64,000 nucleotides of DNA from the NCBI GenBank assembly GCA_964016885.1, contig OZ024742.1:315146001-315210000 (forward strand). The letters are read 5' to 3'. The notes below the pieces were generated by a model. That model did no database searches and was not told the origin of the DNA. It was given only the letters and a program-made list of their open reading frames with translations. The DNA is from Eledone cirrhosa. Its lineage: Eukaryota. Positions 25,584 through 40,082 of this stretch are shown piece after piece (the stretch's first letter is position 1; every line of letters starts with the position of its first letter). The translations under genes were made by a program, and so were the position numbers.

Positions 25584-25790
25584 ATAGGAAAATGTTCAAG
25601 ACCCCGACGGCAGAGCTCAAGTCGTTTCGACGGCTATTTCTGAACTCCAGAAATAACTGTCGAAACGGCTTGAGCTCTGCCGTCGGGGTCTTGAACATTT
25701 TCCTATTACCCACTCTACTATCCTAAGTATTGAGTACTCTGGTGCGTTATGGTCCATGGAGTTCGAGTTGCTCCTGACAATACTTATGTG
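25584..25790. mobile_element. Palindromic mini-element: ~59-bp-arm hairpin (25584-25706) plus unique tail
   Basis: ATAGGAAAATGTTCAAGACCCCGACGGCAGAGCTCAAG...CTTGAGCTCTGCCGTCGGGGTCTTGAACATTTTCCTAT; homologues at 30572-30753 and 39961-40020. Confidence 0.75.
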
Positions 25791-26009
25791 TGCAATAAAT
25801 GTGTCGGTGTTCTGTATTCTGTATTCTGTATATCACCATTATACCAGCACACTTTAAAGTTCTACTTTATTTTCCAAACTACGATTTATGAGTTGTTTAA
25901 CTTAAAATGATTAGTATCCTCTACAAAGAATTCCACATTGCAAGCAACAAATTATTTACAAAGTAGACTATAACGACCGTTCAAACATTGGTTGCTGCCG
26001 TATCACTTT

Positions 26010-26200
26010 ATAATAATGTTGGCCCAAGGCCAGCAATTTGGACAGAATGAAAAATTGATTATATCGACACCATATCTTTCTTGGTACTTTATTTTATCAA
26101 ACCCGGGAAAATGGGGCAAAATTAAATACGGGGATATTTTGACTCAGAACATAAAAAGATAGAACAAATACGACAAATCATTTTGCTTGACGCCAACTCC
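26010..26200 (-). mobile_element. Degraded tRNA-SINE (same family as 21459)
   Basis: GGCCCAAGGCCAGCAATT...TTGGTACTTTATTTTATC...GACTCAGAAC. Confidence 0.7.
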
Positions 26201-28530
26201 CGCATTGTATGCGCTAATAATTTAGCTTCTCCTAAAAGCGGAATTACTATTATCTACGACTACAATGCGGTGTGCATATATCTGATAAATCTATTCATAA
26301 TTACTCTATTGTCTTCTTTATTCTGTTCGCCGGAGCCATGGGGCGGCCAGCATGTATGACCCCATGCTCATAATAGTGAAAGATGTGGATGGCAAGTGAG
26401 ACGGAGGCAATGACAGTGGAAGTTCAGCTCCTCTGTGTTCGGGCCTGGTGTGTATGTGTGTTTACTTCTATTCATTCGAAAATATATGCTGAATATTTGC
26501 ATTATGCATTTATCATTTGTCACATTCATTTACAGTATACTTAATTGCATTACTCTACTACAACTAGTTAGTAAGTTACTCCTGTCTATTTTTTATTTCG
26601 AAATTTCTCCAGTCGGAAATGTGAACTATGTTTAATATTTGTTGTTGTAGTTTTTATTGTTGTGGTGTTTTTCTTTTCATTGTTCTAACAGTTGATGAAT
26701 ATGTTGTTGGTGTTTTTGAATAAGAAATACTCTATTTAAAATATATTTATAATAGTGACAAAAAGAAAGAAAATGAATCCGGTCAACATATATATATATA
26801 ATATACCATTATTCTAATACGAGTATTACAAATCATTATATTAACTCTTTTGTTATCATATTTCGAATAAAATACATTGAATTAGTTTCGAAAAAAATTC
26901 AAGAATTTAGAGAGATTTCGTAATATAACTTCCTTGTTATTAAATTGGTGCTGGGAATATAATTTAGCGTATTATGTTTTTAAATAAATATAAATAGAAC
27001 AAACAACTTTGTATAATAAAACTAGCGAAGGTTTCAGGCGATTTTGTATCGAAACGATTAAATTATGAAAACATTTCATTTCTCATAATGTTTAGTGGCA
27101 TCCATCTTAGGAAAATATGTAACAGGAATAACCGATGTGTGAGGCAAAAATATTATTTTTTATTGATGCCTGTTTACTATGCAGTGCTTTACAAGACTAT
27201 TATGGATATATGAAATACCTCCTCTAGCCAGACAGAAAACTATATTAGGATAAGAAAGACTAACCAACTTTACATTTACATAGAATTACGTAATTAAACG
27301 GAAAGTAAAAATACGAGCATTCTAAATATGCACCACAGAAATGCACGTAAGAACTTAATCTAAGTATAATGTAACTATAATTGAATTTTAATTATTAGTA
27401 TTATCAGACAAGTGATTCAGTAACAAATTGACAGAATCGTTAGAACATTGGACAGAAAATGATTTTTAGTTTGTTTTTTATTCCGATACTTTTTCTTCCA
27501 TCCTTCTGAGTCAAAAATAAAGTACCAGTTAAGAACAGTGGAGTAGCAGAATCATTAGAGAGTTTTATATGCTTTGCGTTATTTTTCCTGCTGTTTGCAT
27601 TCTGATATAAACTCCCACCATAAGACACTTGGATGATAGAATTAATCCGTTGCCCAATGTAACGCCACGACGTTTTTCTTGGTTTCTGTAATGGACTTCG
27701 CTCTGTTGCAGTCATTTAAGTAAAGTTTCTGATTTGCAGATACTGTTCACTCTCCCTCCAGTCGTGGGCCCTCGAAGAAATAAAATAAATGATTCTATCA
27801 CACTCATAAAATGGTAACATATTATATTCTAGGTTTTATAAAGGTTTTCAAAAATGTCTACGTTCAGTGCGTATTGTGAAGCTTTAAAGGAATATGATTA
27901 ATAAAATTTCAACCAAATATTATATATAGCAGTATCTTTAAATTTATTGAATGTTTAGATTTATTATTTCCCAGTAGGGTTACAGAAAGCTAAATCAAAA
28001 GAATGCTGGTTTACCAGTCAAAGACTAGTTCGTTTACATCAATCACTGGCGCTAGACTGTTTCCCATGACGATGCCATGTAGTGCTCATTAACTAACTTT
28101 AGATACTACAAGTAAGTTCAGCTAAATAATTTAAACACTGAATTAATAGTTATGTCTAAGCAAATAGTGATTAACCTATATATAATTATTTAGTGTTTCC
28201 TCAGCTTGTAGTTCGCACATTGAGGGTGCTTTTCACACTTCCGCCTTCGCTCTTCCAATTGGATGAAGACTACACTGAATGTGAAGTTGCTATGCTATTC
28301 ATATATATATTTAAATAGATGAAATTTAACTGATATCCGTGCCTATGAAAAAGAATGTGCTGATGTCTACCCAATCCTCAAACTAAATATCACTGTACAC
28401 TGTTTAATGTGGCTCAGATACCCTTTAAGCACGAGTGAACGCTGCATATATGCTTTAGAATTCTAAGCCTTGAAGCCTGTAACGCTTCCTACATATACCA
28501 AAAGGCGAACATATATATATTATATAAATA

Positions 28531-28608
<78 letters not shown>

Positions 28609-29585
28609 TATGTATGTGAGATGCTTAATTGAATTAAAAACAAAAAGCAATAATTCTAACACGAGTTAGATATACAGGACTTCATGTGAAAGCTAACGTT
28701 TTCCTAAGATCGTTGGATTAAATAATATTTGTCCTATAAATATTCCATTAATTATATATAATTCTATTTCTGTGTGGTACCACAATACATTCATTTTTGA
28801 ATGAAGGAAATATTTGTAGCCCTCTTTTACGCCATTCATTGCATACAATGAGTTGTCAACTTCCATATCCGCGCTGCTTTTATTCAACCTCCTTTTCACC
28901 CAGAAAACATTCTAAAACTTCTCTGTCATGTGTTAACATTTAAAAAAAAAGAAAGAAAGAACATATGAAAATTGAAATTCTTTGAAATCGGATTTATATA
29001 CTACACTTGATATTCAAGTTAACTTTTCGTTCTATGCGTTCTCTGTTTCCGATGTTTTAGATACAAGAAAATTATACATACACCAGGTATTTATTATTTA
29101 ATCCAGCATCCATTAATATTCACAAAACAATTAAATACTCACACCGTATCCCATCTTTTTATTGTAATAAATATTTGTGTTTTTCTGTACATCATATTTT
29201 CGGCAAATTTATATTATGTCGACCTTATGTAGAGATTGTAATTTTATACAACGTCTTCTCTGCTTATTTGTTTAATAAACTGGTTTTTAACCTTCTGAAT
29301 TCCTTATGTTTACGTTTTTTTTTTTCACATAATCACTACAGGGTGATCAACCAGACGAAAATTATACAAACCGCTATTGCAAAAGAAAAAAGGCATTTGA
29401 TATGCAGAAAAATATACACACGAGGCACATTCAAAAGACCAAAATGTGTAGTAGGCAGAAGTAATCAAAAGAAGGGAAGAAAATCAGCTCAAGGTAGGAA
29501 GTTTGGACAACGAGAAAAGAAGGCATTTTTTTCCCCATTAATGCATGTAAACGTGCTTTATTATATAACTATGTTTCACTGCATT

Positions 29586-29950
<365 letters not shown>

Positions 29951-30235
29951 CTTTGGTAGTTCTGCCTCGTGATATAATCATGACACGTGTCTAAGGGATG
30001 TTAGGGAGTGGGTGACGATATATACAAGAAATGTTTATGTCTAATCAATTAGGATAAAATTAACATATGTGTGTCATCGTTTGGTGTTTCAAAAATAGGT
30101 TTTTGGCTTATGGGGGGGGGGGGGGGTTAATGGCTGGCGAGATGATCAAATCACATAAATTGACGATAGAAATATGAACGAAGGGAATAAACTTCATGTT
30201 AGCAAGGAGTGATCAGAAAATAAGTGTTCTAAAAT

Positions 30236-30529
30236 TCACACACAAACATACATACACATACACCCAAACCCATGTATATATACACACACACCCATATATA
30301 TATATATACACACACATCCATATATATATACACACACACATCCATATATATATACACACACACATCCATATATATATACACACTCACAACCATATATATA
30401 TATATATGTATACATATATATACACACACACATATATACATATACACACACACCCATATATATACACACACATATATATACACACACACACATATATATA
30501 TATAAATATATATATACACACACATGCAC

Positions 30530-30562
<33 letters not shown>
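30236..30562. repeat. CA/TA minisatellite (unit approx. CCATATATATATACACACACA)
   Basis: Directly visible. Confidence 0.9.
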
Positions 30563-30563
<1 letters not shown>

Positions 30564-30571
30564 CGAATGAG

Positions 30572-30753
30572 TTGTGGTAAGGAACCACATGGACCATAGC
30601 GCACCAGAGTACTCAATACTTAGGGTAGTACAGTGGGTAATAGGAAAATGTATGACCCTGACGGCAGAGCTCAAACCGTTTCGACGGCTATTTCGTCCAG
30701 AAATAGCCGTCGTGACAGTTTGAGCTCTGCCGTCGGTGTCATAGGCTTTCCTA
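30572..30753. mobile_element. Palindromic mini-element, inverted copy of the 25584 family
   Basis: Tail CATGGACCATAGCGCACCAGAGTACTCAATACTTAGG is the reverse complement of the 25720-25760 tail; hairpin 30640-30753. Confidence 0.75.
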
Positions 30754-30789
30754 TATATATTATATATATATATATATAATGAACAAAGA

Positions 30790-32350
30790 ACTATCTTCAT
30801 ACAGACCCACACTCCCCCCGGCCTGAACTCCCCACCCTTATTCCTTTAGCCTTCGACCGCCACCCTTCCCCCACACTTATCCCCCACTAACACCACTAAC
30901 ACACCCCTCCTTTTCACCGCCCACCCCACAACTACCAATACTAACACCTCCACTCCACACCCCCCCCCCCCATCCGACCACCCTTCCCCAACTAACATAC
31001 TAACATCCCTCCTTTCTTCTCCTCCTCCCCCTCCTTCTCACACGCACACACCCACCGGCATATATATACACGCGCTCACACTAAACACACCCTACTACCA
31101 CCACTAACCCTCACCCCCACACCTCTCACCCCACACCTCCATCCCACCACCCCACAACTAACCTCACTAACACCCCCTGACCCCAAGCACACGAACACAC
31201 GCACCACTTACACCACCCACCCCACACGCAACTAACATCACTAACACCCCCCAACCCCACGCACACGTACCCACACACCCTCGTACACCACCAACTCTAC
31301 ACACCCTACCACCACTAACCCCTACTCACACCTGCATTCAACCCTTCCCCACCTCCCGTATACTAACACTCACTAACACCTCTACTAATACACACACACA
31401 CCCTCCTCACTCCAACTTTCACACCTACCCATCCTCGCCCCTTTACCATTCCACCGACTGTTGCTATGCCCTCTGATCACCTCCCAGCACAAACAGACAC
31501 ACAGCACTCCCACTGCTTGACCACTTCCTGTTGCGCGCGCACCCCACATCTCTCCTCTTCCGACCATCTCTTCATGGAATACTCGTATGTGGAACTTGAC
31601 CACCACAGAATCCACTAAACATCATAGGATTTTACCAACTTTTCAACCATCCTCTTACGGAATCACCTATATAACTCACCCACACACACACACCCAAAAA
31701 AATGTTTTCCCCACACGCCACCTACACCCACAACACGCTTAAACCCCACACACACGTGCTTTCCACCACATATTTACACCCTCAGCCTCCTGATTCCTCT
31801 CACCCCACCCCTCTATCCACGCACGCACAGACACTCCGACCTACAACCCCCCCTCACACACACACACACCTCTTCCTGAACATGCAACCCCGTTCTTCCC
31901 CCAACCCTTACTTTCACATACACACACACACACACGTACACCTACACACACACACCACCTTCAGCCCTCCCCGCTCGGACACCCCGTCTCCCTCTCCCCA
32001 CTCCACCCGCCACCACCCCTACACACCCCACACCCTTCCACCACCTGTTTTACCCCCCTTTTAATTTCAGTTTATTTTGATCATGCTTTTATATTTAATT
32101 TTATTTCATTCCTTGTATTTTGATCATGCTTTATTTTTATTTTTAATTTCATTCGCACCGTTTCCTTTCGCTATATGTCTCTCCACCGCTCCCCTACACA
32201 CCCTTTGAACTCTGTTCCCACACACTTCTCGCCTGAGGAAGGGCTTATGCCTGAAACGTCGTTCCCCACCACCACCCCACTCTTCAGCGCGTGAAATTAA
32301 TAAACATTCGTTGTACTGCCCTCTGTTTTGTTCCTGTTCAAATTTTTCCA
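30790..32350 (+). mobile_element. Probable Penelope-like element 3' region/pLTR (C/A-rich UTR, hammerhead, AATAAA)
   Basis: C/A-rich tract similar in character to 45030-45210, ends with minimal hammerhead and AATAAA then (TA)n; no ORF recognised. Confidence 0.55.
32224..32262 (+). ncRNA. Minimal type I hammerhead ribozyme motif
   Basis: CTGAGGA(32233-39)-A-GGGC-TTAT-GCCT-GAAA-CG-TC(32260); palindromic ACGT stem III typical of Penelope minimal hammerheads; stem I weak. Confidence 0.7.
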
Positions 32351-33231
32351 TTATATATATATAATATATATATACATGCGTCTCTCTGAAGGCGGTGTGC
32401 TGTTTATATCATTTTCCGTTTGATTTCGGCTTGTATTTTTTAAATAAAAACTGAACCAAAAATAACATTAGATCTACGGAAAATATCATTATACCAATTC
32501 CAGTGTTATGCGTATGTGTCTGTGTGTAATTGTTACATTTTATATTTATTTTGGCGGTTGGTTGATACATATTCTGCAGGTTGGCACAAATGCTAACCTC
32601 GCTGTTACTATTACCACACATTTCAACACTACGTTCTGCAATAACATCTTTTTAGACCAACAAACAAATGTAAACATATGTTTGTGTGTGAGTATGTGTT
32701 TGTGTGTGAGAGAGAGAGTGTGTGGGGGGTGTATGTGTGTGTGTTTACGTTTGCAAACGTAAACATGTGTTACTTTAAAAACATCTATATTTTCTGACAA
32801 TTCTATCGGTCTTATATGATGCTGTATACATTTGTATACTCAAGTCATTTGCTTTTATCATTCCACCACACTAACCCCCTAAACAAAACCCCGCTAAAAT
32901 CGCCTGTTATGAACAATGACATACGCATATATCTATTTTTTATCCTCAATTGATTTAACTTGACTTACGATATATTTTTTATAAGCCCTCGTCATCGCTC
33001 CATCCTCAAACATGTGACTGAAATACATTAAGATTTAAATCCAGAAGAGAATGATTAGTTTAAAAATTGCGCTGAAGCAAGAACCACTAAAATTCTAATC
33101 TGACTAAAGGGTTTTTATGAAAACACTCTGTAAAATATTTGATCCTTAATGAATAACAAGTATCAGAAAACACATACTCGTCATTTTTCAAATATATTTT
33201 ACCTTATCATCTCTCTTTATCTCTCTCCCCA

Positions 33232-33304
<73 letters not shown>

Positions 33305-35176
33305 TAGATACACACGCACGCACGCACACAAGCAGTCGTCAAAGTCGTTTCGTTAAAACTGATTAATACAATGAAATAAAATGCAGTAAATTATAAATTA
33401 CAGTATTGAATATTGGTTTGATTTTTTAGTGAATAAAGATATTAATATTTCAATTTATTTTGTTAGAATCTATAATAGGAGTAATTATTTATCATCTAAA
33501 CGTGTATTAATTGTTTTCACTACCAAAAGGCCATTTTACACATTACAAGCGAAAATCTTCATCAAATAGCAATTGGCTTTTTTAGACCAGTTTGCGATAA
33601 TAGTGATTTTTATAGTCAATAAACAACACGCTTCTCAGCTCAGGAGATTTCGAATACAAAAACATCGTATATTGCATATCCTTGATATTCTGGCAGTCTC
33701 GTCACGCAATGTGCAATTATAACCATATTCACTCTTTCAATATAATGCTATGAATGCCAATGTGCTTCTGTCTAGCTACGTTACAGTCTAACATCATATT
33801 GAGTCATACAAAGGCTCAATCACTTGTATCCTAGTAAATGTTTTGCTGCTTGGGATGAGGTAGCCAACACGATCTTTGGTAGCATAGGCGAGTATCGATC
33901 CGATATAACTTTTAATAATCAATATATTGCCATAGAACTGTTTGAAAATGATTTCAATGTTAATAACTGTTTTCAGTTACTAACAACACTCTCAGTGATT
34001 TGTAGTATACAAAGTGGGCAATGACAGGCTTAGATATAGTAATTCTACAGACACATGTCCCAATACATCTAGTCAGTATTAGAGGGCTGTCACTTCTCCC
34101 TAGTCCATCCTCTCTTTAACAGGTTTTATATTTCTCCACGCAAAGATTACCTTTCTTACGAAGCAATTTGGTGGAATTGTCAGTCACCGACTGCACTTGC
34201 TATACTGACACATTATTACTCACGATAAATTGTTGATTATCTAACATAACGTACGTGGCTTTTTTAGTCAAACTAACTATCACATTCTGTGTACAATTAT
34301 TCTACTGTTGATGATACCAACAATATGCAGCTAGCTTATTGTTATAGTAAGATTTATTTGCAGAAATAGAATTTGAAATATCTAACTTGGCAGTTTTTGA
34401 TTCTGTAATATGAGTGCAATGTAACACATTTATGCTACATAGCTATGATCTATTTAATTCAATATTATAACTGCTGATACGTATTTTACCGAATCCTTAT
34501 ATATGAAAACTAAGGTCACCTTTAGTGGTGGGCTTTGAACTCAACTTGCAGATGAAATTAATTACAGACATATTTATTGGACTAACTATTGTTATTGCTC
34601 TAAATATCACTGTACATTTGACTCGTAAATTGTTTATAAATTATTGAAATTACTACTACTATCACTGCTGTCTTTTAATTCTCCAGCTGTTTCTATCACT
34701 GCTAATACAGTTACAATATAGCTATTGTCATTGCTAACACTGCTAATGTTGCTTCTAAGATGTTCATCCATATTTAGACTGCTGCTATTACTGATAATAT
34801 TTCTGCTCGTGCTGCTCGCTCGTATGTTTACGAAAATAGCTATCATATTTCTTAAAGCTATTTGAAATGAAAGTTGAACGAATTAATTGTTCAGACACAT
34901 GCACAAGTACACATACTCATATACGAATAGGCATGCTTTGATATACATGTGGATATTTGCATCTATGAATGCAGCTGGGTTATTTCTTCAAATATTTTTC
35001 TGTTTACTATCAAGTGACATATATAAGTTCCACCGATAAAGCTTACACACATTATATATAAATATAGTGTGTGTGTGTGTGTGTGAAACGTGAAGGGAAA
35101 AAACTCAAACAAACAATGATATACTTTTATTGAACAAACAGTTCAATAAAGATATATAGTAGTACACATATATATA

Positions 35177-35207
<31 letters not shown>

Positions 35208-35348
35208 TATATATTTATATACATATATACATCTATATATATCCATATACATATATCCATATACATATATATATATATCCATATACATATATATATATAT
35301 ACATATATATATATCCATATACATATATATATATCCATATACATATAT

Positions 35349-38300
35349 CAAACAAATTAACAACACACCAAAACAATTAAAACCATCCACTCTCGCCTCT
35401 ACATTTTTGCTTAACGCCCAAGGCATCAGCCCTTCCACCAATACTCAAAAATGGAAGATCAAATTCCTGGAGGACTGGATTGATGTCCATCCAAACCACA
35501 TCCCTTTCTTCGTCCTCACTGAAACCCATCTCAGTAACCTCCACTTGGAAGCCGAGGTGAAAGTGAAAAATTTCAAAGCCATCCGTGCTGATCGCGCTGG
35601 CAGAAGAAAGGGCGGAACTGCCATTTATGTCCATAATTCTTTCTCAACAGAGGCTATGAACATATTCACTAATGGATACTGTGAGGCAGTCACTGTATTC
35701 AGTCAAACCAACAACCTATTAGTAGTTGGGCTCTATAGGCCACCCCAAACGCCTGTACCATGCTTCAAGGAATGCCTCAACAGCATAAAGTGTTTCATCC
35801 AAGAGTGTCACCCTGACAACATCTTAATGATGGGGGACTTCAACCTCCCCGGAGTTGACTGGTCCACAAACACCCTGCCACCAGGTTCTTCTGCCTCAAC
35901 CTCTGACAGGGAAGCTGTGGAATTGCTTCTTGACTTCATGGATGATTTCTTCCTATCCCAACTAGTGCTCGAACCAACGAGGTGCCACAAAAACGTCCTA
36001 GACTTAATTTTCAGCAATCACACTGACAATATCCACAATATTGCAGTGGAGAAAACTCTACTCTCTGATCATGACATGGTTCTCTGTGATCTGAGATTCC
36101 ACCGTCCAATATACAAACCCAATGTCATCTCTCCTGTCCATCCGTTTGACGCTATGGATTTCCACAATGCAAACTGGGAAGCGATCAGTCATGATCTTGC
36201 ACATGTCGACTGGTCCTTCACGCACACTCATACACCCACTAACATCAAAAAGTCCTGGCAGACATTTGTGGACACTGTTACAAACATATGTGCTAAACAC
36301 ACCCCATTAAGAACTATAAACAAATCTAAGAGCAGAATCCCTAGAAATAGAAAAACGCTCATCAGAAAAATTAAGAGAACGAACAAAAAAATCAACAAGC
36401 TGAAATACTGTCAGCAGCAACACATCAACTTGACTGCCATTTCATCACTAGAGATTAAAAAACATAACCTCCAAAACAACATAATGTCCCTCATCAACAA
36501 TCAGAGAAGAGCTGAAGAGGCCTGGGCCATTGAGAAGATCAAACTCAATCCCAAAGTGTTCTTTTCATTTGCAAAAAAACACAAAATCACTGGCTCTACT
36601 GTTGGCCCTCTAATTGATGAAAATGGCACTCTTCAAGACAATGCTAAAACCATGGGTGAGATACTGCAGAAACAATACTGCTCTGTTTTCAGCAATCCTG
36701 ATATGGCCGATCTGGGCTGTATCGGCGATGTTACTCCCCATTACACCTTATCGGACATAACGTTTGGCGCCCCTGATGTCTTGGCGGCAATAAAGGAAAT
36801 CAAGCATAATTCAGCAGTAGGTCCCGATAGGTTCCCTGCTTGTGTCTTGAAGGCGTGTCAACACCAACTTGCTTCTCCTCTTGCCAATCTGTGGCGGAAC
36901 TCACTGGATGCTGGATATGTGCCAGAAAACCTTCTATCCCAGTCTGTTGTCCCAGTTTTCAAAAAGGGAAACAAATCCCTTGCCGTGAATTACCGTCCAA
37001 TCTCACTCACCTCTCATATCATTAAGGTATTTGAGCGAGTGGTGAGATCGCGAATGACCCACTTCCTTGAGAGTAACAATATGCTGAACTCCAACCAGCA
37101 TGGATTCCGTAATGGAAGGGATTGCCTGACGCAACTACTGCATCACTTTGATGACATTTTGAGAGCCTTGGGAGAGGGTTCCAACACTGATGTTATCTAC
37201 CTTGATTTCAGCAAGGCCTTTGACAGGGTTGATCATAACATTCTACTGAGAAAGCTGTCCAATATTGGTGTCACTGGAAAGCTGCTGCAGTGGATCAAGA
37301 GCTTCCTGTCAAACAGAACCCAACATGTTGTAGTTGAGGGAGTCAAATCAAGCCCAGCCAAAGTCAGTAGAGGGGTCCCACAAGGCACTGTGTTGGGCCC
37401 ACTTCTCTTCATCATCTATATTAATGACATCACTGACATCATCAAACACAGCAACATTAAAATTTTCGCTGATGACTCCAAGCTCCAAAAGGTCATCAAT
37501 GGCGTGGATGACCGGATAAGCCTTCAGTCAGACCTACTGGCTGTTACCCAATGGGCAGAAAAGAACAACATGTTACTGAACGAAGACAAATTCGAACTGA
37601 TCCACTTTGGAAAAGAGGATGCTCTGAAACTCCCGTACTCCCTTCCCTCCGGGGAAACTCTCGTGGCATCTAACAACATCAGAGACTTGGGAGTAACCGT
37701 GGACAGCAACATAAGCTGGACCACGCATATAAGCAGCAAAGTTGACATGGCCCGCAGAATGTGTTCCTGGATCCTCAGAACCTTCCAGTCGAGAGATTCC
37801 CGCACCATTATCCTTCTCTTCTCTACTTTCGCCCGACCACACCTTGAATACTGTTGTCCACTGTGGTCTCCCCACACGAAACAAAGTATCATGAAACTTG
37901 AAGCTCCTCAAAGGGCAATCACGAAAAAGATAGATGGCATGTCAGACCTTGACTACTGGGGTCGATTGGAAAACCTGAAACTTTACTCACTCCAACGTCG
38001 CCGTGAGCGTTATATTATCTGCATGATGTGGAAAATGTTCCATCATCACTGCCCAAATGATGTTGGCATCGCCTTCAAGATACACCCAAGGCTTGGGCCC
38101 CGTGCTATCCGTCCCATTCAAAAATCTAAATCGCAGCTCATAACAACAATACGGCACAATTATTTCACCTCAATCGGCCCTGCTCTCTTCAACATCACAC
38201 CAGGACACGTCAAAACAGAAACTGACCACACAAAATTCAAGAAGTCTTTGGACAAATTCCTCCAAGTAATCCCGGACAAACCACCCACACCCGGATATGT

Positions 38301-38446
38301 CTCCGCAAACAGTAATTCTCTTCTCGAATGGGCCATGGTGCCCAAATCCTGAATTGAAAGACTTCGCCAGGTGGTGCTATTAAGTTAGACATGGCCTGGG
38401 CCATACTGGCCAAAACATTTCAAAGTTATTCAAAGTTATTCAAAGT
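35349..38446 (+). mobile_element. CR1-group LINE, 5'-truncated (ORF2 + 3' UTR with (TTCAAAGTTA)n tail)
   Basis: Intact APE-RT frame, short 3' UTR, tandem tail at 38419-38446; ATATCCATATAC-type microsatellite on both sides. Confidence 0.9.
35350..38352 (+). CDS. LINE ORF2: APE endonuclease + reverse transcriptase, uninterrupted ~1000 codons (native start not resolved)
   Basis: LLNAQGI, LTETHL, GLYRPP, GDFNLP, SDH; [51 protein letters not shown]. Confidence 0.9.
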   Translation, partial: KQINNTPKQLKPSTLASTFLLNAQGISPSTNTQKWKIKFLEDWIDVHPNHIPFFVLTETHLSNLHLEAEVKVKNFKAIRADRAGRRKGGTAIYVHNSFSTEAMNIFTNGYCEAVTVFSQTNNLLVVGLYRPPQTPVPCFKECLNSIKCFIQECHPDNILMMGDFNLPGVDWSTNTLPPGSSASTSDREAVELLLDFMDDFFLSQLVLEPTRCHKNVLDLIFSNHTDNIHNIAVEKTLLSDHDMVLCDLRFHRPIYKPNVISPVHPFDAMDFHNANWEAISHDLAHVDWSFTHTHTPTNIKKSWQTFVDTVTNICAKHTPLRTINKSKSRIPRNRKTLIRKIKRTNKKINKLKYCQQQHINLTAISSLEIKKHNLQNNIMSLINNQRRAEEAWAIEKIKLNPKVFFSFAKKHKITGSTVGPLIDENGTLQDNAKTMGEILQKQYCSVFSNPDMADLGCIGDVTPHYTLSDITFGAPDVLAAIKEIKHNSAVGPDRFPACVLKACQHQLASPLANLWRNSLDAGYVPENLLSQSVVPVFKKGNKSLAVNYRPISLTSHIIKVFERVVRSRMTHFLESNNMLNSNQHGFRNGRDCLTQLLHHFDDILRALGEGSNTDVIYLDFSKAFDRVDHNILLRKLSNIGVTGKLLQWIKSFLSNRTQHVVVEGVKSSPAKVSRGVPQGTVLGPLLFIIYINDITDIIKHSNIKIFADDSKLQKVINGVDDRISLQSDLLAVTQWAEKNNMLLNEDKFELIHFGKEDALKLPYSLPSGETLVASNNIRDLGVTVDSNISWTTHISSKVDMARRMCSWILRTFQSRDSRTIILLFSTFARPHLEYCCPLWSPHTKQSIMKLEAPQRAITKKIDGMSDLDYWGRLENLKLYSLQRRRERYIICMMWKMFHHHCPNDVGIAFKIHPRLGPRAIRPIQKSKSQLITTIRHNYFTSIGPALFNITPGHVKTETDHTKFKKSLDKFLQVIPDKPPTPGYVSANSNSLLEWAMVPKS

Positions 38447-39362
<916 letters not shown>

Positions 39363-39392
39363 TGCTTTTTTTTACGAATGAAAGTTCTAGAC

Positions 39393-39881
39393 CTAGCATG
39401 GGCAACCTAAGGCTAGCGGGCCGCATGCGCCCCGAAGCTTTCTGGATAGCCCGCATAAGTCAGAAAAGAAAAATATTCTCCATCGTCAGACAACCGTATA
39501 CTTTTCAACGTGCCTCAGAGTCGATCTACATCAGTCGAAATATTGACATGTTTTGTTTCAAAAACAAACGTTCATAATAATTCTTTTCTCTGGGGAAAAA
39601 TTTTTTGGCGCTAATTCACATATCAGAATATCTACGATTAAATGAAAGGGAAATCTTTCTGACTTGTTTACCCCGACTCTTCAGTCATAATTTATCTTTC
39701 TATCATGTTTACGATCGAGGAAATTAACGTGTACGAATACTGAAGAAACAAATCAAAACAACCTAAGTTACGTCCCTTTTTTTTAATGTGGACACGAATG
39801 TAAATGAGCGCTTGCGGCTCGCCTGGATGATGAGCCATAACGCATGCGGCCCGCTTCTCCCCAAAAAGTTGCCTATGCCTA
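39393..39881. mobile_element. hAT (Charlie-like) MITE
   Basis: Imperfect TIRs CTAGCATGGGCAAC / GTTGCCTATGCCTA, subterminal GCGGGCCGCATGCG inverted pair, perfect 8-bp TSD TTCTAGAC (39385-39392 and 39882-39889). Confidence 0.85.
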
Positions 39882-39960
39882 TTCTAGACAGTAGAATGTA
39901 TTTCTTATATATATATAAATATATATTATATATATGATTTTATATATCATATATGATTTT

Positions 39961-40016
39961 AGTCCAGAATTAGCCGTCGAAACGGCTTGAGCTCAGCCGT
40001 CGGGGTCCTACTCTTT

Positions 40017-40020
<4 letters not shown>
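39961..40020. mobile_element. Single-arm remnant of the 25584 palindromic family
   Basis: CCAGAATTAGCCGTCGAAACGGCTTGAGCTCAGCCGTCGGGGTC...TTCCTA then (TA)n. Confidence 0.7.

Positions 40021-40080
<60 letters not shown>

Positions 40081-40082
<2 letters not shown>

Noticed and set aside
35176-35349. N-terminal ~58 aa of the 1058-aa ORF
   Set aside because: In-frame microsatellite upstream of the LINE junction, not part of ORF2
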